64,000 bases of DNA from Candidatus Bathyarchaeota archaeon (GTDB lineage: Archaea > Thermoproteota > Bathyarchaeia > Bathyarchaeales > Bathycorpusculaceae), in the NCBI GenBank assembly GCA_963720565.1, contig CAVRFW010000006.1, forward strand, positions 1 to 64,000, written 5' to 3'. This document shows, piece after piece, positions 11,042 to 21,611 of this stretch (its first letter is position 1; each line of letters starts with the position of its first letter). The notes below the pieces were generated by a model that worked only from the letters and a program-made list of their open reading frames with translations, had not been told where the DNA came from and ran no database searches. Both the position numbers and the translations under genes were made by a program.

Positions 11042-12226
11042 ATGAAAGTATTGTTGAATGATGGTTTAGAAAAAGAGGGAATACGACTATTCGAAGAACT
11101 AGACATCGAAACCGACACGCGAAAGAGAGATTTGAATTCGCTAATCAAAGATATAGAACAATTTGACGCACTAATTGTGAGAAGCGCAACAAAAGTTACA
11201 CGTGAAGTTCTGGAAGCAGGAGCTAAGGGAAGACTCAAAATAGTGGGCAGGGCAGGAGTCGGCTACGATAACATAGATGTTTCAACCGCTTCTGAATGCG
11301 GCGTTGTTGTCAAGTGCGCACCTTATGGAAACACTAACGCAGTCGCCGAATTAACCCTCTGTCTAATGCTGAGTTTGTCGAGAAACATTCCCCAAGCCTA
11401 CAAGTCCCTGAAAGAGGGCATTTGGGTTAAGGGGAAACTGAAAGGCGTTGAACTTGCCTACAAAACAATGGGAATTTTGGGATGCGGAAAAATCGGTCAA
11501 AAAGTAGCAGAGATAGCTCGACGCGGTTTCGACATGGAAGTCATAGGGTACGACATTAACCCCTGTCTGGAGTCAAGCATAAAATTCTTGACTAAAGAGG
11601 AGGTTCTTTCCCAAGCTGATTTTGTCAGCATTCACACGGGTGGAAAAGAAGTCATAGTAGGCGAGAAAGAGCTTTCACTGATGAAACCAACCGCCTTCCT
11701 AATTAACACTTCAAGAGGGAGTAACATCGATGAACAAGCCTTGTATGACGCATTGAAAAACGGGCGGATAGCGGGAGCTGCGCTTGACGTATTCTCTGAT
11801 GAACCTAAGGCTGAAGAAGAAGAATTCAAGAGCAAACTAAGAGAACTCGACAACGTTATCTTTAGCTCTCACTTGGGCGCCTCAACCATAGAGGCACAAA
11901 AAGAAACCTCAACAGAGATTGCACGCGTCATTGCAGGTTACCTGATGGGCGGAGACTTCACCAGTGCTGTAAACGCGGGTGAAAGCATAGATCTGGAGGA
12001 GAAGCCTGTTTACACTCTGTTCATCCATCACCGTGATGTTCCCGGAGTGTTCGCTAACATAGATAAGGTTCTAGCCGACAACGAAATAAACATCAGAGCG
12101 AACTATTCTCGTCAGATTGGAAAAAGCGGTTACGCGATCTCGGTCTATGTAGTCCACAAAAAAGTCCCTCCAAATATTATAGAAACCCTTAAAGAAATCG
12201 AGAACATTTGCAGCGTCAAAATCTAG
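11042..12226 (+). CDS. serA: D-3-phosphoglycerate dehydrogenase with C-terminal ACT domain
   Basis: RAGVGYDNID, GCGKIG, INTSRG, AALDVF, HLGASTIEAQ, HHRDVPGV ACT domain; follows glyA. Confidence 0.9.
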   Translation: MKVLLNDGLEKEGIRLFEELDIETDTRKRDLNSLIKDIEQFDALIVRSATKVTREVLEAGAKGRLKIVGRAGVGYDNIDVSTASECGVVVKCAPYGNTNAVAELTLCLMLSLSRNIPQAYKSLKEGIWVKGKLKGVELAYKTMGILGCGKIGQKVAEIARRGFDMEVIGYDINPCLESSIKFLTKEEVLSQADFVSIHTGGKEVIVGEKELSLMKPTAFLINTSRGSNIDEQALYDALKNGRIAGAALDVFSDEPKAEEEEFKSKLRELDNVIFSSHLGASTIEAQKETSTEIARVIAGYLMGGDFTSAVNAGESIDLEEKPVYTLFIHHRDVPGVFANIDKVLADNEINIRANYSRQIGKSGYAISVYVVHKKVPPNIIETLKEIENICSVKI

Positions 12227-12347
12227 TTTAAGTCTGAAGCCAAAGGGGCATCTGAACAGGGAGAAAGAGCACCAATCCAACAGGGGCAATGCTGTGCGAG
12301 CGGTATATATGAAAGCCAATCGAAACTTCATTTTAGGGGCGTGAAAG

Positions 12348-13097
12348 ATGAGGCTCGGAATCTTGTTTTCTGGTGGCAAGGATTCCATGCTTGCCCTGCA
12401 CGATGTCAGCAAAGAAAATGAAATCGCTTGCTTAATCACTTTAGCCTCGCTAAACAAGGAGAGCTACATGTTTCACACACCTAACATTGACATCACAACA
12501 CTTCAGGCTGAGGCGTTAGGATTGCCGCTTCTTAGAAGAATAACTAAAGGCGAAAAAGAAAAAGAGCTCGAGGACTTGGAGGCAGCTGTGGCACAAGCAA
12601 TCGAGGAATTCAAGATAGAAGGATTGGTTACGGGAGCGGTGGAGTCTATGTATCAATCTAGACGTATTCAGCGCATTTGTGACCATCTAAATATTCAATG
12701 CATCAATCCGCTTTGGAAGAAAAACCAGATATGCCTCTTGGAAGAACTGGTCGCGAAGGGATTCAAGGTCATTATAACGGGCGTTTTCGCTTACCCGCTT
12801 GATGCAAGTTGGCTTGGAAAAGAGATTGACAAAGAACTCATAAAGCGTCTAGAAGAACTTCAAGAGAGTTTTAGCGTGAGTCCTTCGGGCGAAGGCGGGG
12901 AAATAGAAACGACGGTTTTAGATGCGCCGATGTTCACGCGGAAAATAGAGGTCATTAAGCACAAGGTTGAAGCAAGGCACAACAGCGGAGTATTCATCAT
13001 CCAAAGAGCACGACTGCTATCAAAGCAGCCCATACGTTGGATAAACGAAAACACGATTCACAGCAAGGAGCAAAAAGGCGCTACAGAAGAGTTATAA
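12348..13097 (+). CDS. dph6: Diphthine--ammonia ligase family PP-loop ATPase
   Basis: FSGGKDS, SYMFH, GAVESMYQ..R, GEGGEIET motifs. Confidence 0.88.
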   Translation: MRLGILFSGGKDSMLALHDVSKENEIACLITLASLNKESYMFHTPNIDITTLQAEALGLPLLRRITKGEKEKELEDLEAAVAQAIEEFKIEGLVTGAVESMYQSRRIQRICDHLNIQCINPLWKKNQICLLEELVAKGFKVIITGVFAYPLDASWLGKEIDKELIKRLEELQESFSVSPSGEGGEIETTVLDAPMFTRKIEVIKHKVEARHNSGVFIIQRARLLSKQPIRWINENTIHSKEQKGATEEL

Positions 13098-13158
13098 CGC
13101 CCTTTTGTGTGAAATTTGATCAGTAAAAACAGTTTTGTATGTTCGAGGTTGAAACATA

Positions 13159-15564
13159 TTGGTCAATGAGTTATCAGCGGAAAAAATCAGGAACGAATGT
13201 AACTCCAAGTTTATGCATTGCGAAACAACCGAGAAACTCGTTCCTCTAAAAGAAATAATAGGCCAAGAAAGGGCAGTTAGAGCGCTAAAGTTTGGATTAG
13301 GCATAAGAAACCGAGGATTCAACATTTACGTCGCGGGTTATCCCGGAACAGGAAGAACAACCACAGTCCAGAATTTCGTTGGAGAAATTGCCCAAACAGA
13401 ACCCGTGCCGCCTGATTGGTGCTACGTAAACAACTTCTCCAACCAATACGCACCAAAAGCGATAAGATTGCCGGCTGGAAAAGGAAAAACTTTCCAAGGC
13501 GACGTGAAAAACCTCATTGACAACGTTCGAATAGCCCTTCCTAAGGCTTTTGAAAGCGATGATTATGGAGCTAAACGTGAAGCCACAATTCGAGCCCTGG
13601 AAAACCAGAGAAAAGAACTGATCGGAAAACTAAACGCGAAGGCTCAGCAAGAAGGTTTTGTAATTCAAAGCACACCCATCGGTCTGCTGCTTATTCCGGT
13701 GATGAACGGCAAAACAATCAGCGAGGAGGAGCTGGTAGCGTTGCCCCAGAAGACAAAAGACGAAATTCAAGAGAAAAGAGAACGTTTGGAGCTGGATTTG
13801 AGGAGCACGATGAGACAGCTTTTTGATATGGAAGGAAAAATCCGTGAAGAACTTCAGAAGCTTAATCGCGAAGTAGCGCTCTTTGCTACGGGAAACTTGG
13901 TTGACGATCTCATGGAGAAGTACAAGGAAACTCCAGAAGCAATAACGTATTTGAAGGACTTGCAGAAAGAGGTTTTGGACAACCTTTCGCAATTTGTCGG
14001 AAGAAGCGAAACTCAACAACAATCTCCGTTTCCTTGGATGAGGGAGGCACCCTTCAAGAAGTTTGAAGTGAACGTTGTCGTCGACAACTCAGATCTCAAA
14101 GGTGCCCCCGTGATAATCGAATCTAATCCAACGTATCAGAACCTCTTCGGAAGGACTGAGAAAGAAGCCCAGTTTGGGGCACTTATCACCGACTTCACTA
14201 TGATTCGAGGAGGATCATTACATAGAGCCAACCACGGTTACTTGATTGTTTCAGTTGAAGAATTGCTTCGCAACCCTTTTTCGTACGACAGCCTAAAAAG
14301 AGCACTGAGAGATGGGCATATTATCGTGGAAGAACCTGAAGAGAGGTACGGTTTCATAAGCGCGAAGGGCTTGAAGCCTCAGCCAATTCCACTTAACGCC
14401 AAAGTCGTCCTCATCGGAGACCCCTATCTCTATCAGCAGTTGTTTGCTTTAGATATGCAGTTTTCAGAGCTTTTCAAAGTCAAGGCTGAATTCGACACTA
14501 CCATGGCTAGAACCGACGAAAACATTGAGCATTATTCCTCGTTTGTCTGTGCGCTCTGCCAAAAAGAAAACCTTAAACACCTCGACGGGTCAGGGCTGGC
14601 AAAATTGGTAGAATACAGTTCAAGACTCGCAGCTGACCAGCAGAAACTTTCCACAAAATTCGCTGAAGTTGCCGACATTGTCCGGGAAGCCAACTACTAC
14701 GCGGAGCAAGAAGAGGCAAGTTTAGTCACCGGGATCCATGTAAAGAAAGCGATTGAAGAAAAAATCTATCGATCGAAGCTTATCCAAGAAAAAATCCAAG
14801 AAATGATCAAACGGGGCATACTTCTAATCGACACAGATGCAGAAAAAGTCGGTCAAGTTAACGGGTTATCGGTTATGGGATTTGGCGACTTCGCCTTCGG
14901 CAGTCCATCAAGAGTAACAGCAAGCATAGGCTTAGGCAGAGAAGGCATCTTGGACATCGAAAGAGAAGCCAAAATGGGAGGACCAATTCACACGAAAGGA
15001 GTCCTGATCTTGAGCGGATATTTGAACGAAAAATACGCGCGAGACAAACCACTTGGTCTCTCCGCACACCTTGTTTTCGAGCAGAGCTACCAAGGAGTGG
15101 AAGGCGACAGCGCTTCAAGCACAGAACTCTACGCAATAATATCAGCGTTATCAGGATTGCCAATAAAGCAAAACATTGCCGTCACAGGCTCAGTAAACCA
15201 GAAGGGCGAGGTTCAAGCAATCGGAGGCGTGAACGAGAAAATCGAAGGCTTCTTTGAAGTCTGCCGAGCTAAAGGATTCACAGGCCGTCAGGGAGTGATG
15301 ATACCCGAGAGTAACGTTCAGAACTTAATGCTGAAGGAGGATATAGTAGACGCCGTCAAAGCTGGACAATTTCACATCTACTCCGTCAGAACAATCGACG
15401 AAGGCATTGAAGTCTTAACCGGAACGAATGCCGGTGAAAAACGTCAAGATGGAACCTTCGAAGAAAACACAGTAAACTACCTAGTAAACAAGCAGCTGAA
15501 GGAAATGGCAAAGAAACTCAAGCAGTTCCCATCATCTGCGACCCAAAGGAAAGAAGACAGCTGA
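13159..15564 (+). CDS. Lon-like protease (LonC/AAA_32 type)
   Basis: IIGQERA, degenerate Walker A GYPGTGRT, LHRANHG, catalytic GDSASS and IGGVNEKIEG; no TM segments, so not LonB. Confidence 0.92.
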   Translation: MVNELSAEKIRNECNSKFMHCETTEKLVPLKEIIGQERAVRALKFGLGIRNRGFNIYVAGYPGTGRTTTVQNFVGEIAQTEPVPPDWCYVNNFSNQYAPKAIRLPAGKGKTFQGDVKNLIDNVRIALPKAFESDDYGAKREATIRALENQRKELIGKLNAKAQQEGFVIQSTPIGLLLIPVMNGKTISEEELVALPQKTKDEIQEKRERLELDLRSTMRQLFDMEGKIREELQKLNREVALFATGNLVDDLMEKYKETPEAITYLKDLQKEVLDNLSQFVGRSETQQQSPFPWMREAPFKKFEVNVVVDNSDLKGAPVIIESNPTYQNLFGRTEKEAQFGALITDFTMIRGGSLHRANHGYLIVSVEELLRNPFSYDSLKRALRDGHIIVEEPEERYGFISAKGLKPQPIPLNAKVVLIGDPYLYQQLFALDMQFSELFKVKAEFDTTMARTDENIEHYSSFVCALCQKENLKHLDGSGLAKLVEYSSRLAADQQKLSTKFAEVADIVREANYYAEQEEASLVTGIHVKKAIEEKIYRSKLIQEKIQEMIKRGILLIDTDAEKVGQVNGLSVMGFGDFAFGSPSRVTASIGLGREGILDIEREAKMGGPIHTKGVLILSGYLNEKYARDKPLGLSAHLVFEQSYQGVEGDSASSTELYAIISALSGLPIKQNIAVTGSVNQKGEVQAIGGVNEKIEGFFEVCRAKGFTGRQGVMIPESNVQNLMLKEDIVDAVKAGQFHIYSVRTIDEGIEVLTGTNAGEKRQDGTFEENTVNYLVNKQLKEMAKKLKQFPSSATQRKEDS

Positions 15565-15590
15565 CCAAACAAACAACTAGGCGCAGGAAG

Positions 15591-16253
15591 TTACTCTCCA
15601 ACCGTTTCGTCTGGTTCTCGGTCGCTTTCTTCTTTCGAAGCTTCAGAGGGCAGCGTTTTCTGAGCTTCATGGCTGAGAAGCATTTCTATCAGTGCTTGCT
15701 CGTCTAGTTCAGCACGAGTTCTCCAGTCTAGGTAGAGTTGGTTGTTCTCGTCTTGAAGTAAGTAGCCGTAACGAATGTAGCGGTCGATGTTTATGCCTAC
15801 TTTCCATCCTGGAAGTTTCTCGCTCAGTAGTTCTTCGACATCTTTTCTAGACGCTTGCCCCTTCTTGGAAACGATGTAGGAGATGGCAGCAGCCAATCCG
15901 GCTAAGTCGTCTATGCGCCACCCAATCATTTTCGTTTCCTTTGGTTGCAACTCGCCCCGCAACGTGATGTAGAATCGCGCTTTATCCAGCTCCTCCAGGG
16001 AGGGCTTTTCAACAGATGTTCTTTGTTCTTCAAAAACCGTTTTAACCTTTAAATCAAGATTTTTCAAGTAGTCATCCAAAACATCCAGAACTTTCGGGTA
16101 GTCGGCCCCCAAGGTTTTACGCAGTTCCCAACCTTTAACCCCGGGCTTCTGATGTCGACTGTAGAATAGCATGTGAGTTGCGCGTTTCATTTTGCTGGCG
16201 TAAACACCTTTTCTCTTGCTCAATACAATTCGCCTCTCTTCCATTTTTGCCAA
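15591..16253 (-). CDS. Tandem winged-helix KITE-like protein (ScpB/Nse1-like)
   Basis: Two WH-like halves; C-terminal YGYL...LYLDWRTRAEL resembles the KITE terminal motif; last gene of the SMC operon (start may be 16244). Confidence 0.65.
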   Translation of the reverse strand: MAKMEERRIVLSKRKGVYASKMKRATHMLFYSRHQKPGVKGWELRKTLGADYPKVLDVLDDYLKNLDLKVKTVFEEQRTSVEKPSLEELDKARFYITLRGELQPKETKMIGWRIDDLAGLAAAISYIVSKKGQASRKDVEELLSEKLPGWKVGINIDRYIRYGYLLQDENNQLYLDWRTRAELDEQALIEMLLSHEAQKTLPSEASKEESDREPDETVGE

Positions 16254-17047
16254 TCATCGTGCGGTACTGGTATCGGAATCGAAATTGACTGTTTTGTGGC
16301 GAATTTCGTGGATGGCTTATCAAATGGCTTGATGAAGATCTCTTCCTCCAGTGGCCTTATCTCCAAGGTTGCATAACCGTAGGTTATTAGAAAACTGGAC
16401 ATGAAAGCACGCTGTACGGTTTCTTCATAGGTTTCCGCGCCTATAAAGTCCCAATAACGAATTTTGTTCACGTTCCCTTTCTCTTCAACTCTCGCTTTCA
16501 ATTCCTGCCAGAGAAACTCAAGTTCATCAGAAAAAACCTTGTCTCCGAGAATGCGCTGCCTAACCAGTTCTTCTCTGCTAGTTGTTCCGATCCCGACTTC
16601 AGAGACAAATAGTTCAGGCCATCTATCCTTAATCGGTATTAGTCTATCCCAATATTGCAAGGCTTCATCGAGGCTATGCAAGCTTAGTTGTTCCAATTGC
16701 ACCAGTGGGTGCCATGCTTTTAGAAATACCCAAACAAGCTCTTCGCTGCTTGCTTGTTTAATTTTCTCTTCGAGGAGAAAAGGGTCAGTGTAAAGAGAGG
16801 TTGAACGTTGTTTAACCCATTCACTCTGAAGTTTTATTACGGACGCCAAGTGGTGAATTGCTTCAGAATCAAGATTAAACTCTTCAGGGTTTTCCCACTT
16901 TGGAAAATACTCTTTCACTACATTGATAATGTCGTTAATATTGAGCAAGAACGGATCAACCGTATGGTTTTCTATCGCTATGCACATCTCTATGATTCTC
17001 TGCAGTTTTTCTGTCCCGAGTTTCTTTTGTGCTTTTTTGGTTTCCAC
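16220..17047 (-). CDS. Kleisin-like (ScpA-like) protein
   Basis: N-terminal VDPFLLNINDII and LASVIKLQSE, C-terminal RAFMSSFLITYGYATLEIRPLEEEIFIK match kleisin N-helical and C-WH patterns; start overlaps SMC stop. Confidence 0.7.
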   Translation of the reverse strand: METKKAQKKLGTEKLQRIIEMCIAIENHTVDPFLLNINDIINVVKEYFPKWENPEEFNLDSEAIHHLASVIKLQSEWVKQRSTSLYTDPFLLEEKIKQASSEELVWVFLKAWHPLVQLEQLSLHSLDEALQYWDRLIPIKDRWPELFVSEVGIGTTSREELVRQRILGDKVFSDELEFLWQELKARVEEKGNVNKIRYWDFIGAETYEETVQRAFMSSFLITYGYATLEIRPLEEEIFIKPFDKPSTKFATKQSISIPIPVPHDDWQKWKRGELY

Positions 17048-18969
17048 TATGCAACCTCTCGCACTACAGATTGCCCTTCGACGTTTTGCACGGTTATTAT
17101 GTTAGCATTTTCCTGAGCAAAAGTAATCTGGCTCGGTGTAATGACGATGTACTGTGCAATCGAATCCGAAATCAACGAGACCAACATTCGCGCAATCATC
17201 TCCCTATTTTTAGGGTCCATGTGGATGTCATACTCGTCTACGGCTCTAAACGGAGATCGGACATGCTGCTGCAAAGCCAAAAGAAAACTCATCGTTGCAG
17301 TGGTCCGTTCCCCACCACTCTGTGTGTAAGCGTCTAATGGCACGGGTTTACCACCTTTGAAGCCAACGAGAATTTCCAAACCCGCGGTTTCTATGTCATG
17401 CCCATTAGCTAAACGAACTTCTCCCGCAGCCAAAGTTTTTCCCATAATTTTCTGGTATTCCAAATTTACACGGTCAAGTAAGCTCTGCATCACGCTGCGC
17501 CACGCCTGCATTCGAGTCTTGACTTCTTCCAGCGCTTTCAAACGGTTTTCCTCGACCACTTGTGCCTTTTCCTTCAACTCCAGATATAGCGAAGAATAGG
17601 ACTCGTACATCCGCTCGATATCTTCTGAAACATCCGCAAGCGCAGCCAGATGCCCGTCAGTTAAACGCATTTCATCAAGAACCTCAGACGCGCTTTTCAC
17701 CACGGCTATCCTGACTCCAGACTGCTCTGCCTTAAGAATTGAACTATCTAAGCTGTCTTTTGCGGTTTTGACTTGAGCTGTCACTCTTTCTAAATCTTCA
17801 GTAATGATTGCCTTTCGATATTTCAGCAAAGCAAGATTTACCCGATTCTCCAGAATTTGGCCCGAAACCTTGTTGGCTGAATCTTCCGCGCCCTGCCACC
17901 TAGTCTTGTTCTGCCTAACCTGCTCTTCTTTTGTCGAAAGATTCTCATCTGAAGTAATCATTATGGCTTTCAGACTTTCAGCTCTGAGCAACTTAAGCTG
18001 GTTTGAGCTCTTTTGTATAGCTGATTCCAAGACTGAGTATTCATCGAGAATCTGTTTGCACATGCCTAGAGTAGACTCACTCGCAGCTAGAGAGCGTTCC
18101 AGATTGAGGCGTTCCTCAAAAAGGGTTTTCAACTCAGCATTCAGTGTTTCCTGTTGGTTTTGCCCAGTTTCAAGTTGATCAGTGGTTACGTTTGTTTCCT
18201 CTTCAATTCGGTTTATTGTTTCTTGTTCACGGTTTTTTTCGGCAAGCATCTCCTTGAAGATTTGCTCGCGCCGTTCAACTTCAGCCCATGCCATTTCACG
18301 GTCTAGAAAACGTCGTTTTGTCTGCAACTGCTTCTTTTCCTGATATTTCCCGTATTGTTCGCGCCAGTAGTTAAGCGTCTGCTCTGCAGACTCCATCAGT
18401 TTGCTGACTGATTCTTCCTGGCTTAGAATTCGTGTAAGTTTATGTTGTGCCTGCAGCACGTTTTCACGGAACGGTTCCAGACCTACTGCTGCCTCAACCA
18501 TTCGAAGTTTCTCAAGGTTGGACAGGACCGTGAACTGTTCCACCATGTTCTGGTGCATAATAATCAGCATGTTGTCAGGATCAACACCGAACCTGCCTAA
18601 CAAACGCTGAATATCCTGCTTCGTCGCTGCACGGTTCTCAAGCTCGAACCCATACTTTCCATCTCTGCGCAGAACCCTCGTGAGGAAAATCTGGTCTTTG
18701 CTGTATCTTGGAACAGGACGTTTTCCTCCTCGTTTGCTGTTGTTCAAGACAAGTGTCACACGAGCTTGATCTTTCCCCCATCGAATCAAGTCGCTGAGCT
18801 TTCTAGAACGTTCTGTATACGATTGACCTAAACCCACCGAAATAGCCAATAGAAGAGAGGATTTCCCCGCTCCGTTCGGTCCTCCAATGACATTTACTCC
18901 AGATTTGAAAGGTACCCTAGCATATTCATAACTCATGAAATTTTCCAATCTAACTTCCTGTATCAGCAT
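17047..18969 (-). CDS. Short SMC-family ATPase, Smc5/6-like head
   Basis: LENFMSY, GPNGAGKS, coiled coil, QSGGER signature, LLALQ...SPFRAVDEYDIHMDPKNRE, VITP; 640 aa, no CxxC hook. Confidence 0.9.
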   Translation of the reverse strand: MLIQEVRLENFMSYEYARVPFKSGVNVIGGPNGAGKSSLLLAISVGLGQSYTERSRKLSDLIRWGKDQARVTLVLNNSKRGGKRPVPRYSKDQIFLTRVLRRDGKYGFELENRAATKQDIQRLLGRFGVDPDNMLIIMHQNMVEQFTVLSNLEKLRMVEAAVGLEPFRENVLQAQHKLTRILSQEESVSKLMESAEQTLNYWREQYGKYQEKKQLQTKRRFLDREMAWAEVERREQIFKEMLAEKNREQETINRIEEETNVTTDQLETGQNQQETLNAELKTLFEERLNLERSLAASESTLGMCKQILDEYSVLESAIQKSSNQLKLLRAESLKAIMITSDENLSTKEEQVRQNKTRWQGAEDSANKVSGQILENRVNLALLKYRKAIITEDLERVTAQVKTAKDSLDSSILKAEQSGVRIAVVKSASEVLDEMRLTDGHLAALADVSEDIERMYESYSSLYLELKEKAQVVEENRLKALEEVKTRMQAWRSVMQSLLDRVNLEYQKIMGKTLAAGEVRLANGHDIETAGLEILVGFKGGKPVPLDAYTQSGGERTTATMSFLLALQQHVRSPFRAVDEYDIHMDPKNREMIARMLVSLISDSIAQYIVITPSQITFAQENANIITVQNVEGQSVVREVA

Positions 18970-19208
18970 TGCAGTTTTTCCTAGTATACAGCGCCGTTAT
19001 TAGGGCAAATTCTCTTATTTAACCGAATTGGCAGAGTTTAGAATAAACAGGCTGGCTTCTAAAGACTTTGTTTCCGTCTTCTATAGACAGCAACTTGCTC
19101 TTTTCTGTTGAAACTTAAAAGGCCAAATCCGGCGCGCGCTAGCAGTGATCTGATGAAGGGAAATTTCATTAAGAGCATCATACTTCTCAATATGCTGAGG
19201 GCTAATGC

Positions 19209-19904
19209 ATGGTTGTTGCTGGAAAGATTTTCAAGTTTTCCGATAAGATGCTCATGGAGGACGTTGCTTCAAAACTCGATGGTTATCGCAATGAAGAGAC
19301 TTATGAAGAAGAAGGTTACAACTTTCAACTTTTGACAGAAATTACGGGTCTTCTGCCAAAGGGAAACACTCTCACAGGTATTTACTCGCACGATTATGTC
19401 ATGCATGTTTTTCACAGAGGCAAAGTAGTACCATTACCTCGGACAGTGGAGGCAATATTCAGCTTTGCACATACCGAAAAGACCATGTTCTTGGCGGTTG
19501 TTGAGAAGAAGCGTGTGGCAAACTTTGTTGCGAACAAACTAAGTGAAATCCTTTTTGAAAAAGTTGGCGGGATTGTTGAAGCAAGGATACCGCCTGAAAC
19601 GCTTAGGAGTTTTCACCTCAAGAATCCGGAGGACACAAAGATTACATTCTTCGACAACGTTGACATACCTAACGTCAACAAGCTTTCGCTATATGGACCT
19701 GATTTGGTGAATGCTCAATTGTTTGAGGACTATACTAAACATGGGGATTTATGGTACGTTGTTGCCCGATCAAAGAAAACAGGTTACATCGTCGGAGTCA
19801 CCCGAGATGCGTCGGTAACCATATTCAATCTTGGGGACAAGAACAAGTACGTGGAGTATGTAAGCAAGGAAATTTACCCGCTAATTTTGGAAACATCAGA
19901 ATAA
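19209..19904 (+). CDS. Hypothetical protein, divergent from the SMC operon
   Basis: 231-aa ORF with normal globular composition; no recognised motif. Confidence 0.8.
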   Translation: MVVAGKIFKFSDKMLMEDVASKLDGYRNEETYEEEGYNFQLLTEITGLLPKGNTLTGIYSHDYVMHVFHRGKVVPLPRTVEAIFSFAHTEKTMFLAVVEKKRVANFVANKLSEILFEKVGGIVEARIPPETLRSFHLKNPEDTKITFFDNVDIPNVNKLSLYGPDLVNAQLFEDYTKHGDLWYVVARSKKTGYIVGVTRDASVTIFNLGDKNKYVEYVSKEIYPLILETSE

Positions 19905-20117
19905 GTCCGCTTTGATTTTGGCTTGTCTCATCCACGCATAGAAAATGCAGCCATATGGCTTCAAATAAGAAAAAAATACTGCAGATAGTATCAGATAGCT
20001 ATGGATTAGCAAGTTTTACCTTCGGCACCTAAGTAGACCTCAACAGCATATATTGTTGCTCGCCTTTTCATTGCGACGCAAATTTCAGGTTGAGCTAGCG
20101 CGTGTCGTTTCTAACTT

Positions 20118-20843
20118 CTAATAAGTGACTTCCGCCAGTATTCTCTTAAGGATAGATGCTCCATGTCTCATTTTCAGTTTCTTCTCACCTATCCTTTGAC
20201 GGTACTTTATCGGTACTTCAACTATTGTGAAGCCTTTTCTCTCCACGTGGTGATTCAGTTCTACTTCGATATCAAAACCCTTTGATTTCACAGCCCAGTC
20301 TTCCAGTATTTCTGTTCTTATGACGCGTAAGCCAGTCAACGGATCATTCATCGAAACACCGTTCAGCAAGTTGTGTGCAAAGGCTAACAGTCTGTTACCG
20401 AAGTAGAAGGAAGAGTGCACAGCTTTCGGTTCGATCTCTCCGCCAAATCGGTCGCCGCAGACCATTCCCACTTGCGGGTTTTTCTCTAGTATCTCAATCA
20501 TTTCCGGCACGTATTCGGCTGGATAAGTGTAATCTGCATCGGTTAGAACTACATACTTCACGGTTAAGTCTATATATTCAAGGGCTTTTGCAATTGCGTT
20601 GCCTTTGCCTGTGCCATCTTGAAAAACTATTTCTGCCCCTAGGTTTTTAGCGATTTCGACGGTTCGGTCTTGACTATGGCCGTCAACAACAAGAACGTAT
20701 GGAACATCCACGTTATCTAGAAATTCGGTCAATGTAGGTCCTATACCGTGTTCTTCATTAAGTGCAGCAACCACTAGTTGCGCAGAATAGGTTTTTTCAT
20801 AAATTGTATTTTTAGTTGGGTAGGACGAGTTTTTTATCAGCAA
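20118..20843 (-). CDS. Glycosyltransferase family 2 (DPM1-like)
   Basis: AALNEE, VVDGHSQDRT, GKG, TDADYTY, DPLTGLR, FDIEVE; start uncertain (TTG 20843 chosen). Confidence 0.9.
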   Translation of the reverse strand: MLIKNSSYPTKNTIYEKTYSAQLVVAALNEEHGIGPTLTEFLDNVDVPYVLVVDGHSQDRTVEIAKNLGAEIVFQDGTGKGNAIAKALEYIDLTVKYVVLTDADYTYPAEYVPEMIEILEKNPQVGMVCGDRFGGEIEPKAVHSSFYFGNRLLAFAHNLLNGVSMNDPLTGLRVIRTEILEDWAVKSKGFDIEVELNHHVERKGFTIVEVPIKYRQRIGEKKLKMRHGASILKRILAEVTY

Positions 20844-21170
20844 GATTTGTTTCCCTTCTTTCGACCATGTAACACTATCGTGTTTATTGCGAAACGCGTT
20901 ATAAGCCAAGTTTCTGAAAAACGAATAATTTGAAGTCCGACATATTTCAAAAATAATATTGTGGAGCAGCAAGTCTCTGCGGGAACATCCGCCATTAATT
21001 AGCTGAAACGGTTTCTAAAATTTTAAAATGTGAACATCAATACGTATGGAGCCATAATTATAGTGCAAGGTCATAAAATTGTAGAAAACCATAAAACTTG
21101 TGGCGTTTCTTGTTCTGGAGAGAAATAGTTGCGAGCGCGCTTTATTCAATGGCGACGCGTTTCTTGCCGG

Positions 21171-21611
21171 TCAAGTTATGCTGACGTTCTGAATATCAAA
21201 GTATCGTTTTGCCAAAAACCGCAATCGTTCTGCGTTTTTGCCGTTCTTGCCTATGGCGACGCCTTTGTCTTTAGGGTTAACGGTTATGACAGCCATCTTC
21301 TTTCCATCCATCCTTTCGGTTATGCGCACTTCTCTGACCGCAGCGGGTTTCAGGGCATTTTTCATAAACTGAACTGGGTCCTCAGAATATTCTAGTATTT
21401 CATGTTTCTTTCCCGTCATTCTTTCGAGTGTGTGAATGTTTCTGCCGCCCCTTCCAATGGCGACGCCTACTTGCCCTTGATTCACGATGAATATCGCGCG
21501 TTCTTGTTCCTCATCGATTATGCAATCTTTAACGCTTGCGCCACTTATGCTTTCAAACAAAGCGATATAACGCATTTCGTCGGCTGTGATCTTTATGCCG
21601 TTTGTCATCAA
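21171..21611 (-). CDS. nusA: Archaeal NusA (KH domains)
   Basis: AIGRGGRNI and AIGKNGKN KH motifs; canonical position after rpl30e. Confidence 0.95.
   Translation of the reverse strand: MMTNGIKITADEMRYIALFESISGASVKDCIIDEEQERAIFIVNQGQVGVAIGRGGRNIHTLERMTGKKHEILEYSEDPVQFMKNALKPAAVREVRITERMDGKKMAVITVNPKDKGVAIGKNGKNAERLRFLAKRYFDIQNVSIT

Noticed and set aside
15591..18969. Wadjet/MksBEFG defence system
   Set aside because: No topoisomerase-VI-like JetD gene; SMC is short and lies among housekeeping genes
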